Position numbers and translations under genes: made by a program. This document shows positions 12,421-23,698 of a DNA stretch of 64,000 bases, piece by piece. How positions within the stretch are numbered: the stretch's first letter is position 1; each line of letters opens with the position of its first letter. The stretch comes from Octopus sinensis (taxonomy: Eukaryota). The DNA is taken from positions 46,078,464 to 46,142,463 of the forward strand of contig NC_043011.1 in assembly GCF_006345805.1 (NCBI RefSeq), in the 5' to 3' direction. The notes under the pieces were generated by a model that did not search any database, was not told the DNA's origin, and saw only the letters and a program-made list of their open reading frames with translations.

Positions 12421-13375
12421 TATCACTAATCAATACTGTACAGAATATGGTAGGGCACCTGTTCTACAGATGCAAATCATTGATAAAAGTTGATGTGAAT
12501 GATTCAGTGATATGGTTTAAATGTGTAAAAAAGAAAAATGAACAACATAAAAAAAACAACGGCTTTGATAATAAAGAACAGCATTCGCTATTTCTTATTT
12601 GCATGCAGCAATCTACACGTAATAAAGATTTTCATACGATATAGAGAATATTATGAACTATAACATGTAAAAAATATTGTTGTAATTTTGAGATTATGGA
12701 AGAAATAAATGAAGCTCTATTTCTTCTACAAGTCTTGAAATGATTACAACCCTTTACCAGTTCCAATTAACAATAGCCTACAGGTAACACCAGGTATGAT
12801 AACCATCAGAAGATCATAATTGGAATTTCAAGTATTTGCTACAACTACACTTTGGCACTATTTTTATCTAGTTCATATTTTCAGAAGTACCTATATAAAC
12901 ATAGTATAGTGTAATATATTTAGTTTGTGAAACAATGCTCAAGTTTGTTTGAATATGTACACACCTAGTTACTGCCACTTTTGTACCTGCATTGTCTCAT
13001 TTCCTTCATCAGGTGTAAAAATTGATTTATACTAGAAATAGCATGATCAAAAACAGTTCAAATATCAGTGTAGTTAATTTAGCTCACATTTATTGAGAAT
13101 CAGTATTAATATATCATAGTTGGAAGTCCTTTACCTCATCAGATTCTAGTAACACTTTTAAAGACTCTGTTTTCAAGCAGACAAGTGGAAAAAGAAAAAG
13201 CCCATAATCTCCAAGTTTTAGCCATAGGAAGACCTCAACACATGCCCATCACTAAGGAGGAACACTGGACAGTACTTTCCTCCTCATTGGTCAATGTTGC
13301 ACCCTCAGATTAACAGTGATATAGTTATTTCAAAATACCACTTTAGCATTATTACAAATTAATGTCCAACTAGAA

Positions 13376-13723
13376 TGATAATAATAATAATAATAATGAA
13401 ATTATTGTATACAGTGCTCAGGTGCACTACAACTTGTCAGAAAGTGCATATAAAGTACATGCAGTAATGTAGAAATGTCTGGAAAGCGAACAATGTATGA
13501 GTCAGATACATGCTTGTGTGTGTATGGAGGAGAGAAAATCAAGTGTAGTGTTGGTGAATCTCAGGAAGCATGGAAGTTTTGAAGGATGCAGTGCTCCGAC
13601 AACTAACAACTGATGCCGGCAGTTTGTTCCATGCTTCAGCAACTCTCAGCGTGAAAAAATGTTTCCTGAAGTCATGGGAGCTGTGCTGTTTTCTTACTTT
13701 ATAAATATGTCCACGGGTGTCAG
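13376..13723 (-). mobile_element. CR1-clade LINE 3' end, 5'-truncated, (ATT)n tail
   Basis: TRGHIYKVRKQHSSHDFRKHFFTLRVAEAWNKLPASVV..FK matches the CR1 ORF2 C-terminal motif; near-identical to 60221-60650. Confidence 0.85.
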
Positions 13724-14024
13724 AATATTCTGAAGCACTCCCAGGCACTAAAGTCTGGCAATGGGCCTGCCTCAATGTATGGCGAGCTAATGAAGCATTA
13801 AATTTTGAGGGCCCTTACTGCTTATTACTTCAATACGCTGTCTATCTACAGCTTAGTGGTCATTATTATTATCAATAACTAACTATACAAACTGTTGACC
13901 CATTAACTACGTTTGTCCATCATTCTACTGAACAAGTACTGGGTTTGTGCTAATATCAGAAATAATTCTACTCAGCTGTTCTGTGATGTGGTACCTATCT
14001 ACAGCTTAGTGGCCTTATATTATT

Positions 14025-14228
14025 GGTTTCAAATTTTGGCACAAGGCCAGCAATTTCGGGGAAGGAGATAAGTCAATTACACTAACTCCAGCACCCAACT
14101 AGTATTTATTTTATCAACATCGAAAAGATGTAAGGCAAAGTTGACCTCGGTGGAATTTGAACACACAGTGTAAGACGGACGAAATTCTGCTAATAATTTT
14201 GCCCGGCATGCTAACAATTCTGCCAGCA
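14025..14228 (-). mobile_element. SINE-B2
   Basis: TTTCAAATTTTGGCACAAGGCCAGC...AAAGTTGACCTCGGTGGAATTTGAAC. Confidence 0.85.
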
Positions 14229-14547
14229 GTCTTATGATGTTGATACATTACAGAATACAAATTTTATCCATCATTCATGATCATGTATTGGATTTGTATC
14301 TATATTAAAACTATTTCTATTAATTATGTCATATGCACCTCCATCTTCAACATTAATAGTTAGTGAACTAATTATAGCAGTACATGAAAATAAATGTTGT
14401 AATATTTTAATTAAAATTATTTTATTAAAATGGCAAATGAGCTCAAGGCTTATTCCTCTTTTTTCTCAAATTAGTGAATATCAATGTTTTCTAATTAGAC
14501 ACAGTGGCAATACTGTTTAATAGTTAAAGTTCATTAACCAAGACATT

Positions 14548-14765
14548 TGTGGAGGCATATGGCTTAGTGGTTAGAGGTATTGGATTCATGATAGTAAGAT
14601 TGTGGTTTCAATTCCTGGATTGGGCAATATGTTGTGTTCTTGAGTGGAACGCTTCATTCCATGTTGCTTCAGTTCACTCAGCTGGTAAATTGAGTAATTC
14701 TGTGACAGATCGGCATCCCATCCAGGGAAGAATATATACACCAGGGAAAACAAGAAACTAGCCCA
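14548..14765 (+). mobile_element. SINE-K, decayed
   Basis: GGAGGCATATGGCTTAGTGGTTAG...GTGTTCTTGAG...CTCAGCTGGTAAATTGAG...GGCATCCCATCCAGGG. Confidence 0.7.
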
Positions 14766-15174
14766 AACCACTTTACAGAGTAATGTGGACTAAACATTTA
14801 GCGAAAATATTACTGTTATTTATTCCAGTTGGACCACATGTTGTTCACTTTATTTATGAAGGCAAGATTAGCAAGGATGTGTTTTTGTGTTCTTTAAAGC
14901 ACTGGGTATTTTTTAGTTTTTAGTTGGTATTTATTTACCAATATCTTTACCAATATAATGCAGCAAGCAATTTATTTACTTGCTGGGTCTGGAGAGAGAG
15001 GCAGTGCCTTGTAGACCTTCCTACATTAGTGAAATTAATGTTATTAATGTTCTCATTGGACTCATCTAAGCCAAAACCTGCAGACAAAGCTCTGAGCATG
15101 GAAAGACTTCCAGAGAGTCAGCGAACATTACCAGTAACCTCCATATTACAAATATTACACCGACCACGCTTTAA

Positions 15175-15370
15175 CCTTTCAGCATATAAACCAGCCAATA
15201 TCTGGCCTGAATATTTTAATTACTTTATGTCCAAACCAGCCAGATCCAATCCCTTACACCCACTCTACAATGTCATTCTTAAAATAATCATATCACTGAA
15301 ATCTTAAAGCTACAAGATAATGCATGATTAAATAAACATCACGTTTGACAGATTAATCTGAATGCTGAGA
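15175..15370 (+). mobile_element. MITE-F (TTAA-flanked, piggyBac-like), right end decayed
   Basis: TTAA|CCTTTCAGCAT...CTACAATGTCATTC...GCTACAAGATAATGCATG...CTGAATGCTG; same family as 20635, 21910 and 52330. Confidence 0.7.
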
Positions 15371-15606
15371 ATTTATTGTGCAAGCATTCCTCTGAAATAA
15401 CAACTGGTTGTGGCTTTCTCTTGCCTTCTGCTGGATTTATTTTACAGTTTAGTCTGCTAGTCCCTTGCTTTCTCAAGCTTACTCCTGAAGTACAGGGTCT
15501 ATTTAAAACTGTCAGGCAGAGAGACTTTTGCATGTAACCACAAGGACTGTCCACTCAATGATGTGCCTGTATGACTACTGTGAGTCTGGTATGCTTTATT
15601 AATCTT
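15271..15606 (+). repeat. Copy 2 of the 336-bp local duplication
   Basis: See 10823-11158; offset 4448 bp. Confidence 0.92.
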
Positions 15607-15668
15607 GTCATCCATCCATACCTATTGATATATCTAGGACAATTCCAAAAGGTTATCATTAGATAATA

Positions 15669-16187
15669 CTGTAAATCCTCAAGTATAAGCCGCATTTTCC
15701 CCCCAAATTTAAAGGTCAAAATCCCTAGTGCGTACTATATATGAGGTTAAAAATGAAAAGTATTTTCTAAGCAATGTCCGAGTCTCTATTTGCTGTCTGG
15801 CAATGTTTATTCAGAAGCATTTTGTGATGTAGGGCATGAAAATACCTTAAGCTAAGCCTGAAAGCAATGAAGTCATAAAAGAATCATCCATAACTTGCAG
15901 TAAGCAACATTTATTAAAATAAGAGTATTCAGAACACAGAATAACATGTAACAAAAACAATTTGCAAACATATTACATTCCCATATAACAGTTAAGAACA
16001 TCACCATTATTATATTACGCATGCGAGGAAGTGTTTGTTCGACTAGGTGCTCCTGGTTTAATTACTTACGACTCAAGTTAGAGAAGGGGTGCGTATTATA
16101 CACAAGGTTTAGGTTTTGCAGAGGTATAATCCCTAAAAATCCCCTGCATATTATACTCAAGGGTGGACTATACTCGAGGATTTATGG
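15669..16187. mobile_element. MITE-G, pogo/Tc2-like non-autonomous DNA transposon
   Basis: TA TSDs (15667-68, 16188-89); TIR CTGTAAATCCTCAAGTATA / TATACTCGAGGATTTATGG. Confidence 0.88.
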
Positions 16188-16433
16188 TAGAGATTCCTTG
16201 CAGGGTAACCAATCAAAGCAAATAAGACGGTCAAACAACACAGCTCTCAACTATAAACCATAAATTGTATGTCTCCCAGATGAAACAGTATCAAGGATAT
16301 TGCCAATGTTTTAAATATATGAAAATATGAAATATTTTCTGACTTGAAAGAATAATAGTTTTTCTCACTTATTTCCATTTGATGATGTTTTTTTTTAGTC
16401 ACCCCTCTAAGATAAACAGGAGACAAGACTTAC

Positions 16434-16517
16434 CTTTCAAACTGTAAGTTATAAGAAGACCAAAGTCCAAAAACGTTAAATGAACACTTACCTAGAAAAG
16501 AAAAGAAAAGGAAAAAG
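16434..16517 (-). other. Candidate recursive splice site (Y24-AG|GTAAGT) with downstream donor defining a 58-nt RS-type exon
   Basis: Minus: CTTTTTCCTTTTCTTTTCTTTTCTAG|GTAAGT (junction 16492/16491); AAG|GTAAGT 58 nt later (16434/16433). Confidence 0.5.
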
Positions 16518-17636
16518 TGATGAAATAATTGTAGCAATGAATATTAAAGATTATTTTGTCAAAATCTTAAAATTTGAATAAGTTTAGGAATTTTTATCAA
16601 AATTGCAAATGTACTTAAAGCTTGACATATCCATGGATACAATGTCAATTGAAAATGTAGATACAGATGTGCAATTTTTGGTTGCAGTCTCTTCCAGAGT
16701 CTATAATCAATGCAACTGTGTTCAGCTTCGTGTAAAATACAGATGCATTAAACAATACAACAGAAAAAAAAAATCATTCTAAATACATCAGTTCTGACAG
16801 ATGGTTTGAAATAATAAAGGACACACACACACACAATGATATCTTCTTGAAATCTATTTCCTTTCTCTACTCAGTTATTTGATCTCTAGATATAGCAGCA
16901 GAACTGGATGAATAATTAATGAAAATAAGTATGAGCTATCCCCACAGAGTACCACAGAGATATCCCAGTGTTGGATTTATCATGGTGCAAATGGTTAATT
17001 ACAAAATTAAAAAAAATAATTAATAAGAAAGTGTTCATAATTTGCATTAATTGCAACAGTTAAACATAAATGTTTTTTTTGTATTTACTGTTATTTAGTG
17101 TTTAGCTATGGGAGATTGCATGAGAGAAAAGTGAATTTCTAGTTTATCATTTCACTATCAGCACTTAATATATCTATTAGACAATGGAAATGACAATATA
17201 TCATTGTTGGGTGGTGCTTAGAGCACCAGATGGCTTTAATCTAGCTCTGCATGGCAGAAAAATTACCCTAAAATTACACCCTATCATCTTTAAGCAAAAA
17301 GAAGCACTTCAACAAAAAAAAACAACCCAAAAAACAATTCTAATGAAAGAGTTATAATAGATTCCAAACGCCATATATTAGGGAAGACTTAATAATGCTT
17401 AAAAGTGAATGATAATTATCAATTAATTTTACAAAATGATTATAGTCACACTCATGTTTTTTGTATATATCTATTGTGGTCACCCTTAATTACTTTCATT
17501 AAACCTTTAATTTATATACTTAACCCCTTAATGGATCAATTATTTTTCATGGCATTTCATTTCAGAGAATATTTTTTTATTTCCTTCTTGTAATTATATA
17601 CACTGTGTTAATTACAAAAAAAATGTTTTTTATATC

Positions 17637-17911
17637 CACCAGACTGGCTCCTGTTCAGGTGGCACATAAAAAACATCATTTGAGCGTGGCCGTTGCCAGT
17701 ACCGCCTGAGTGGTCATCGGGCCAGTGGCATGTAAAAGCACCCACTACACTCTCAGAGTGGTTGGCGTTAGAAAGGGCATCGAGCTGTAGAGACTCTGCC
17801 AGATAAGATTGGGGCCTGGTGCAGCCATCTGGTTCACCAGTCCTCAGTCAAACCGTCCAACTCATGCCAGTATGGAAAGCGGACGTTAAACGATGATGAT
17901 GATGATGATGA
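17637..17911 (+). mobile_element. Repeat C
   Basis: CACCCACTACACTCTCAGAGTGGTTGGCGTTAGAAAGGGC...GGACGTTAAACGATGATG. Confidence 0.88.
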
Positions 17912-18199
17912 TTTCTAAGACCCTCAGTTTGAAGCTTGGCCCCTTAGACAAGGAATATCATTCAATATATTTCAGTCTGTAAAATATATGATTTACTGGT
18001 TGACAGTGAGTTGTTGAGAAAAAAAAAAAAAAATCCATATGGAATATCTAAATATGCAGAACTTACATAAGCAGAGATTAGACAGTTAAAAAGAAGAAAC
18101 AGTATATAAAAACCACTGACATATAGTTTATGTAAAGAATTCTTCCAGTTTTATTTAGTATCCAAGAAGACGTTTTAATCAAAGAGAGAATACTCATGT

Positions 18200-18574
18200 T
18201 CTTTTGGGAGGATCGTTATACCAATGATAATAATAACACATGCACTGGTTCAATATCACTTCGTTATTGTTAGTCAATTGGTCGAATATCTCACCAAATA
18301 ACTAATCAATTGCTTGTTTAATGTGCTGGTTAAACAATCAACCAGTTGTTTGTTAGTCAAAGTCATTTTGATGTAAACAACCAACCAACTGGTTGTTTAA
18401 TCAGTTCATTAAACAACCAACCAACTGGTTGTTTAATCAGTTCATTAAACAACCAACCTATTAGTTAGTAGGTTAGATATTTATTAGATATTTAACCAGC
18501 TGACTAACAATAAAGAAGTGATATTAAACCAGTGCATGTGTTATATTATTATTGGCATAACGGCCCTCCCAAGA
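18200..18574. mobile_element. Fold-back element with ~150-bp imperfect arms and internal 36-bp tandem hairpin units
   Basis: TTGGGAGGATCGTTATACCAAT..AACACATGCACTGGTTCAATATCACTTC is mirrored at 18515-18574; TAAACAACCAACCAACTGGTTGTTTAATCAGTTCAT occurs twice exactly (18374-18445). Confidence 0.8.
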
Positions 18575-18759
18575 TACAAAATTTGCTTCAATGCCCAAAT
18601 TCACATTAAGAATTTTGCTAATCAAATACAAATAGGAAGAGAATATTAATTTATGGGGAAAACTGATATTGATGATGTAATTACAGACAATACAATAAAT
18701 GAGAGTTATGCTATTATGCAATGTTAATTGACTTATGTTATTACCAGTCTGCTCTTCCA

Positions 18760-18985
18760 GGGCAGTGGATTGGCATAATTCTTAGAGCATCAGACAAAAA
18801 AAAAAATGCCTTGTGGTACTTGTCCAGCTCTTTACATTCTGAGTTCAAATCCTGCTAAAGTCATTTTTGCCTTTCATCCCTCTGGGGTTGATAAAATAAT
18901 GTACCAGTCAAGCATCACAGTCAACTGCATCAACTAACCCCTTCCCCTCAAAATTGTTGGCATTGTTCCTAAAGTAGACACAACT
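18760..18985 (+). mobile_element. SINE-B2, decayed
   Basis: CATTCTGAGTTCAAATCC...TTTGCCTTTCATCCCTCTGGGGTTGATAAAATAATGTACCAG. Confidence 0.8.
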
Positions 18986-19193
18986 ATTATGCTGTTTTTC
19001 TTTATACAATGCTTTTATTTCACCAACATAAAATATCATAAAGTTTTGCCAGTTCTCTTTTCAGCTCCTAATAATTCAATTTACTAACCAACATTTTCTC
19101 AGATATATATATATATACATATACATATATATATATATATATATTATATATATACATATATATATATACATATATATATATATACATACATGC

Positions 19194-19226
<33 letters not shown>

Positions 19227-19273
19227 ATACACACACACACATATACATATCTATATATACACATATACTTACT

Positions 19274-19349
<76 letters not shown>

Positions 19350-19599
19350 GATTATATATATATAATTGGTGGAATGGAAATTTGGCTGACTAAATGCCTT
19401 CTGAGTTTAAACCTACAGACTTGAATGTAGTTTTGTATCATTCTGAAGTCCTCAGAAGATACCAAGAGATCCATTCAAACAATTCTTATGAATTATTTAT
19501 ATGAGTGGATATTTTCTTATGCACATCTTTCTGTTTTATAGAATTAAGTTGTATCTGCCATGGGAATGGTTAATACTAGGAATGACAAAGTATTGCTTA

Positions 19600-19790
19600 A
19601 ATAAGAGAGAAATATCATGTAGCACTAAGAAATATGCGAAGAATGAACAGGTGTTGTAAATTTGTAAAAGACGGTATCCAGGTTATTGGTTTAAGTAGAG
19701 TAAGGAAGACGTGGAATGAGAGTGCCAAGGATGATGCATTCGGAGAAGACTAACAACAGGAACAGCTGAAAGGAATCAATTATGAAGTTA
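19600..19790 (+). pseudogene. Highly decayed RTE-like ORF C-terminal fragment
   Basis: RVRKTWNESAKDD resembles the RPRKTWxExVxxD motif of RTE LINEs. Confidence 0.35.
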
Positions 19791-20634
19791 TGCATGCGTA
19801 AGGAAAAAAAATATGGAATCATGAATGTTGATGATGACTATGATGATGATGATGATGATGATGATAAATATGCTGATGATGATGATGATGATGATGATGA
19901 TAATGATGATGATGATGATAATATGATGATGATGAGGACGGTGATGGTGAAGTTAAAAAGTAGGAGGAAGATGATTATGAGGGTGATTATAATTTTCAGA
20001 ACTTTGACTGCCGCAGACAATGAAAAACAGACACACACTCCGTGACCTTTATAAGATAGCAAATAATTAACATTATAATTAATTTTCAATAAATTTAATA
20101 ATTTTTCTCTTCTTTTTCGACAATTAACCCAAAGGTTATCAAATGAAAAGATACTCGTACATTAACAAAACACACGAACATTAACAAAACAAACAAATAC
20201 ATAGTTTTTATTTTTTTAAGATAACAAGCATGTTATGAGGTAGATCACTCACATGGCTGTATTTTTTTTCTAGATATGCCACTAAAACGAATCTGTCTGT
20301 TTACTATCACACAGTGGTTAGAAAACTAACTGTATACATGATGCATATGATACAAATATGCACAGAGAGAGAAAAACTGAAATTAGTAGAAATGTAGTAA
20401 ATAAACACAAAACAAACTTGAAGAAAATAAAAAGGAAGAGACAAGTGAAAATATTTTTTTCTTATGTAATGATTTATTCTGATATTCTAAAAATGAATTT
20501 AATTAAATGGAATCAATAATTGGGGCATGCTGATATAATTTGGCTAAAATTCACTTCAGTACATATACTTAGAATTGAGAGATCTTCAGAATAAATATCA
20601 GAATGCATATCGTTTGGGTTGTAATAAAAATTAA

Positions 20635-20829
20635 CTCTTTAGCATTTAAACGGGCCATATCCATCCCATATATTCTACATGTTTTATGATCTAGCCAGAG
20701 TTCAGATCTGGCCCATCACACCTACCCTACAATGTCATTCTAAAAATGAAGAATCACTTCGTTTAAATCTTGAAGCTACAAGACTATTTTATGAATAATT
20801 CAAAACAGAGTAGTCTGAATTCTAAAGGG
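20635..20829 (+). mobile_element. MITE-F
   Basis: TTAA|CTCTTTAGCATT ... AATTCTAAAGGG|TTT; 12-bp imperfect TIR. Confidence 0.8.
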
Positions 20830-21034
20830 TTTTTTTACTCTTTTACTTGTTTCAGTCATTTGACTGCGGCCATGCTGGAGCACCACCTTTAGTTGAACAA
20901 ACTGATACCAGGACTCATTCTTTGTAAGCCTAGTACTTATTCTATTGACCACTTTTGCTGAACTGCTAAGTTGTGGAGATGTAAACACACCAACATAGGT
21001 TGTCAAGCAATGGTGGGGGAACAAACACAGACAC

Positions 21035-21065
<31 letters not shown>

Positions 21066-21232
21066 CATATATATATGACAGCTTCTTTCAGTTTCCATCT
21101 ACCAAATCCACTCACAAGGCTTTGGTCAACCCGAGGCTATAGCAGATGACATTTGCCCAAGGTGCCATGCAGATGGACTGAACCCGGAATCATGTGCTTG
21201 AGAAGCTAGCTTCTTATCACACAGCCACGCCT
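20830..21232 (-). mobile_element. SINE-A, full length, tail abutting the right end of MITE-F
   Basis: TTTTACTCTTTTACTTGTTTCAGTC...CACACAGCCACGCC. Confidence 0.9.
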
Positions 21233-21343
21233 GTGCCTGTTAATACTGTTCCCCTTAATTTTGATTTATCAACATAAGCTGATGTATAGATATCTCTGTG
21301 AGATTATATGCCTTGTGCCCCACAGGCACAGCTACATTTAACA

Positions 21344-21677
21344 CAGTGGTTCTCAACCAGGGTCCATATAAGATTTTGGAGGGTCCACTCAACAACAACA
21401 TAGTAAATTGGGGAACCACAATAGTATTTTAAGGGACCCTAAAAATTTTTACTTTAGATGTATGTACTGGTATGTATTGAAAGAAACAGCTGGGTTTCTT
21501 TCTCGAACATGTTACATAGTTTAACCTATACAAATTAAGGTGTGAAAAACAAAATAGGAACTTTGAAAAAAGTTTATATAAAACTAGTTTTTAAACCCCA
21601 AATGGCTATGAGGGTCCACCAGAAAAAAATAGCATTCAAAGGGGTCCACAGATAAAAAAAATGGTTGAGAACATCTG
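21344..21677. mobile_element. hAT (Charlie-like) MITE
   Basis: TIR CAGTGGTTCTCAACC / GGTTGAGAACATCTG; perfect 8-bp TSD ATTTAACA (21336-43, 21678-85). Confidence 0.93.
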
Positions 21678-21909
21678 ATTTAACACATCAATGTTTGAAT
21701 TCTTCCTATCCAATATACTGCTGGTAGAATACCTAATTAATACACAAGTATTGATTAATGTGTGGCAATTACCCTACCGAGTATAATAATTAGGCGAGGG
21801 TAATAAGTGGTTTTTACCCTTAATTTATATAGCAAGAAGAAAATGGGGGGAATCCAGAGGTAGAATTCATCAGCTGTTAGACATTATACTATGTCTATTT
21901 ATTTATTTT

Positions 21910-22114
21910 AAACTGTTCAGATAATATATAAATACATGTGTAAAGAATTAGTAATTTCTAATACTTTACCTCATAGCTTTGAGATTTCAATGATGCATTT
22001 GTTTACTTATAGAATGACATTGCAGAGTAGTTGTGATAGGCCTGATCCAGTCAGTTTGAACATAAAACAGGTAGAATATCTGGGCCTGATATGGCTGGTT
22101 TCAATGTTAAAGGG
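21910..22114 (-). mobile_element. MITE-F, reverse orientation
   Basis: TAGAATGACATTG...CATAAAACAGGTAGAATATCTGGGCC...AATGTTAAAGGG|TTAA. Confidence 0.72.
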
Positions 22115-22452
22115 TTAAGTTAAAGTAAGGGGACAATGTAACTGAGATAAATATTCATCTACTTCTTGCATAATTAACAGTTAGGTCAGGGATCTCATCA
22201 CAAGATAACGAGACTTGCTACTGGTACTATGTAAACTACTATGACCTGTTCCATGGTCAAGTGGTCAGCAACTAAACCAGCTCCCTCACTTGAATAGCTT
22301 GCTACTGTTGTGAGGAGGTTGTCTGGATATCCTGTAGGACTAAAAACAAAACCTGTTGAATGGCGGAATGAGCTCCTTGAGGACCAACGAAATACAGTTG
22401 GGGAAGGTAATGACACCCTGATATCTCTGCCAAGAAAACACTCTGAGAAGTA

Positions 22453-22964
22453 CCGTAAATCCTTGATTAAAATCCGCATTTTTTTCCCAAAAGTTAAAGG
22501 TCAAAATCCTTAGTGCGTACTATATACGAGGTTAAAAATGAAAAATATTTTCTAAGCAATGTCCAAGTCTCTATTTGCTGTCCGGCAATGTTTATTCAGA
22601 CGCATTTTGTTATGCTGGGCATGAAAATACCTTAAGCTAAGCTTGAAAGCAATGAAGTCCTAAAAGAATCATCCATAACTTGCAGTAAGCAACATTTAAT
22701 AAACATTATTACTGTTATTTCTTTATTTTCTGCAAACAAAATGCACAAAAAAGCTACACGTTTGCATTATGTTATATGTACAATGATAATAAAGGGTGTT
22801 ACCATATACAGTTTTACAAACCAAGGACATTATATAGACCTCCTTGACTCAAGTTAGAGAAGGGGTGTGTATTATACACAGGGTTTAGGTTTTTCAGAGG
22901 TATAGCCCCCTAAAAATCCCCTGCGTGTTATACTCAAGGGCAGACTATACTCGAAGATTTATGC
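22453..22964. mobile_element. MITE-G, second copy
   Basis: TA|CCGTAAATCC ... TATACTCGAAGATTTATGC|TA; ends match 15669-16187, core differs. Confidence 0.88.
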
Positions 22965-23080
22965 TAATGCTAAGGCTTCATCTGACCAGAGAATTTGCTC
23001 TTAATTGAGAAAACTTTCATGGTGGTGTCATCAACATGCTGCAGAAGTATATGATATGTAACGATGATGGCTGTATAATT

Positions 23081-23397
23081 ATTTCAAATTTTGGCAGATG
23101 GCCAGCAATTATAGGGAGAAAGGGTTAGTTAGTTACATTGACCCTAGTGCTTGGCAGGAATTTATTTTATCAACCCTGAGGAGATGAAAGGCAAAGCTGA
23201 CTCAGGTGGAATTTGAACTCAGAATATATATACCGCCTATGTAATCCTTTCTACTAAAGGCACAAGGCCTGAAATTTGGGGGGAGGGGATAGTCGATTAC
23301 ATCAATCCAGTTTTTCACTGGTATTTAATTTATTGACCCTGAAAGGATGAAAGGCAAAGTCGACCTCAGCAGAATTTGAACTCGGAACATGTGCCAG
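23081..23397 (-). mobile_element. Two adjacent partial SINE-B2 copies (23081-23225, 23243-23397)
   Basis: Each has GATGAAAGGCAAAG(C/T)(T/C)GAC...GAATTTGAACTC. Confidence 0.8.
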
Positions 23398-23545
23398 TGC
23401 TTTACTCATATATACATTTTATATATATATTTTGTATATATTGGTAAAAACGGTAAGATAACAAAAGAAAGAAAGAGACCTCAATATTACGTAAATAGAG
23501 GAAATTTATCTGTAAATTAATATGTGACAATTATTCAATAGTCAA

Positions 23546-23606
23546 GATAAAACTCTGAGTTTCGGATGCCGAGGTGGAAATCCACAATACCATCTCTTCA
23601 TTTATC
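23546..23606 (-). ncRNA. Type-I hammerhead ribozyme motif, C3A variant
   Basis: GAUAA-AUGAAGA-[GAUG..GUGGAUUUCCAC..CAUCC]-GAAA-CUCAGAG-UU-UUAUC; P1 GAUAA/UUAUC, P3 ACUC-A-GAGU. Confidence 0.65.
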
Positions 23607-23638
23607 TGGCCATCTGAAAAACGTTTTTCAGATGTCCA

Positions 23639-23698
23639 GATAACCGAAGAGATGGTGTTGTGGATTTCTACCTCGGCATCCGAAACTCAGATTTTATC
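23639..23698 (+). ncRNA. Type-I hammerhead ribozyme motif, U4C with a 1-nt deletion in P3
   Basis: GAUAA-CCGAAGA-[long P2]-GAAA-CUCAGA(-)UU-UUAUC. Confidence 0.55.

Noticed and set aside
13842-14012. 18-bp exact direct repeat CTATCTACAGCTTAGTGG
   Set aside because: The enclosed ~135 bp has no element features; probably a small local duplication.
18374-18458. 36-bp palindromic direct repeats superficially like a CRISPR array
   Set aside because: No spacers, no cas genes, eukaryotic context; part of a fold-back element.
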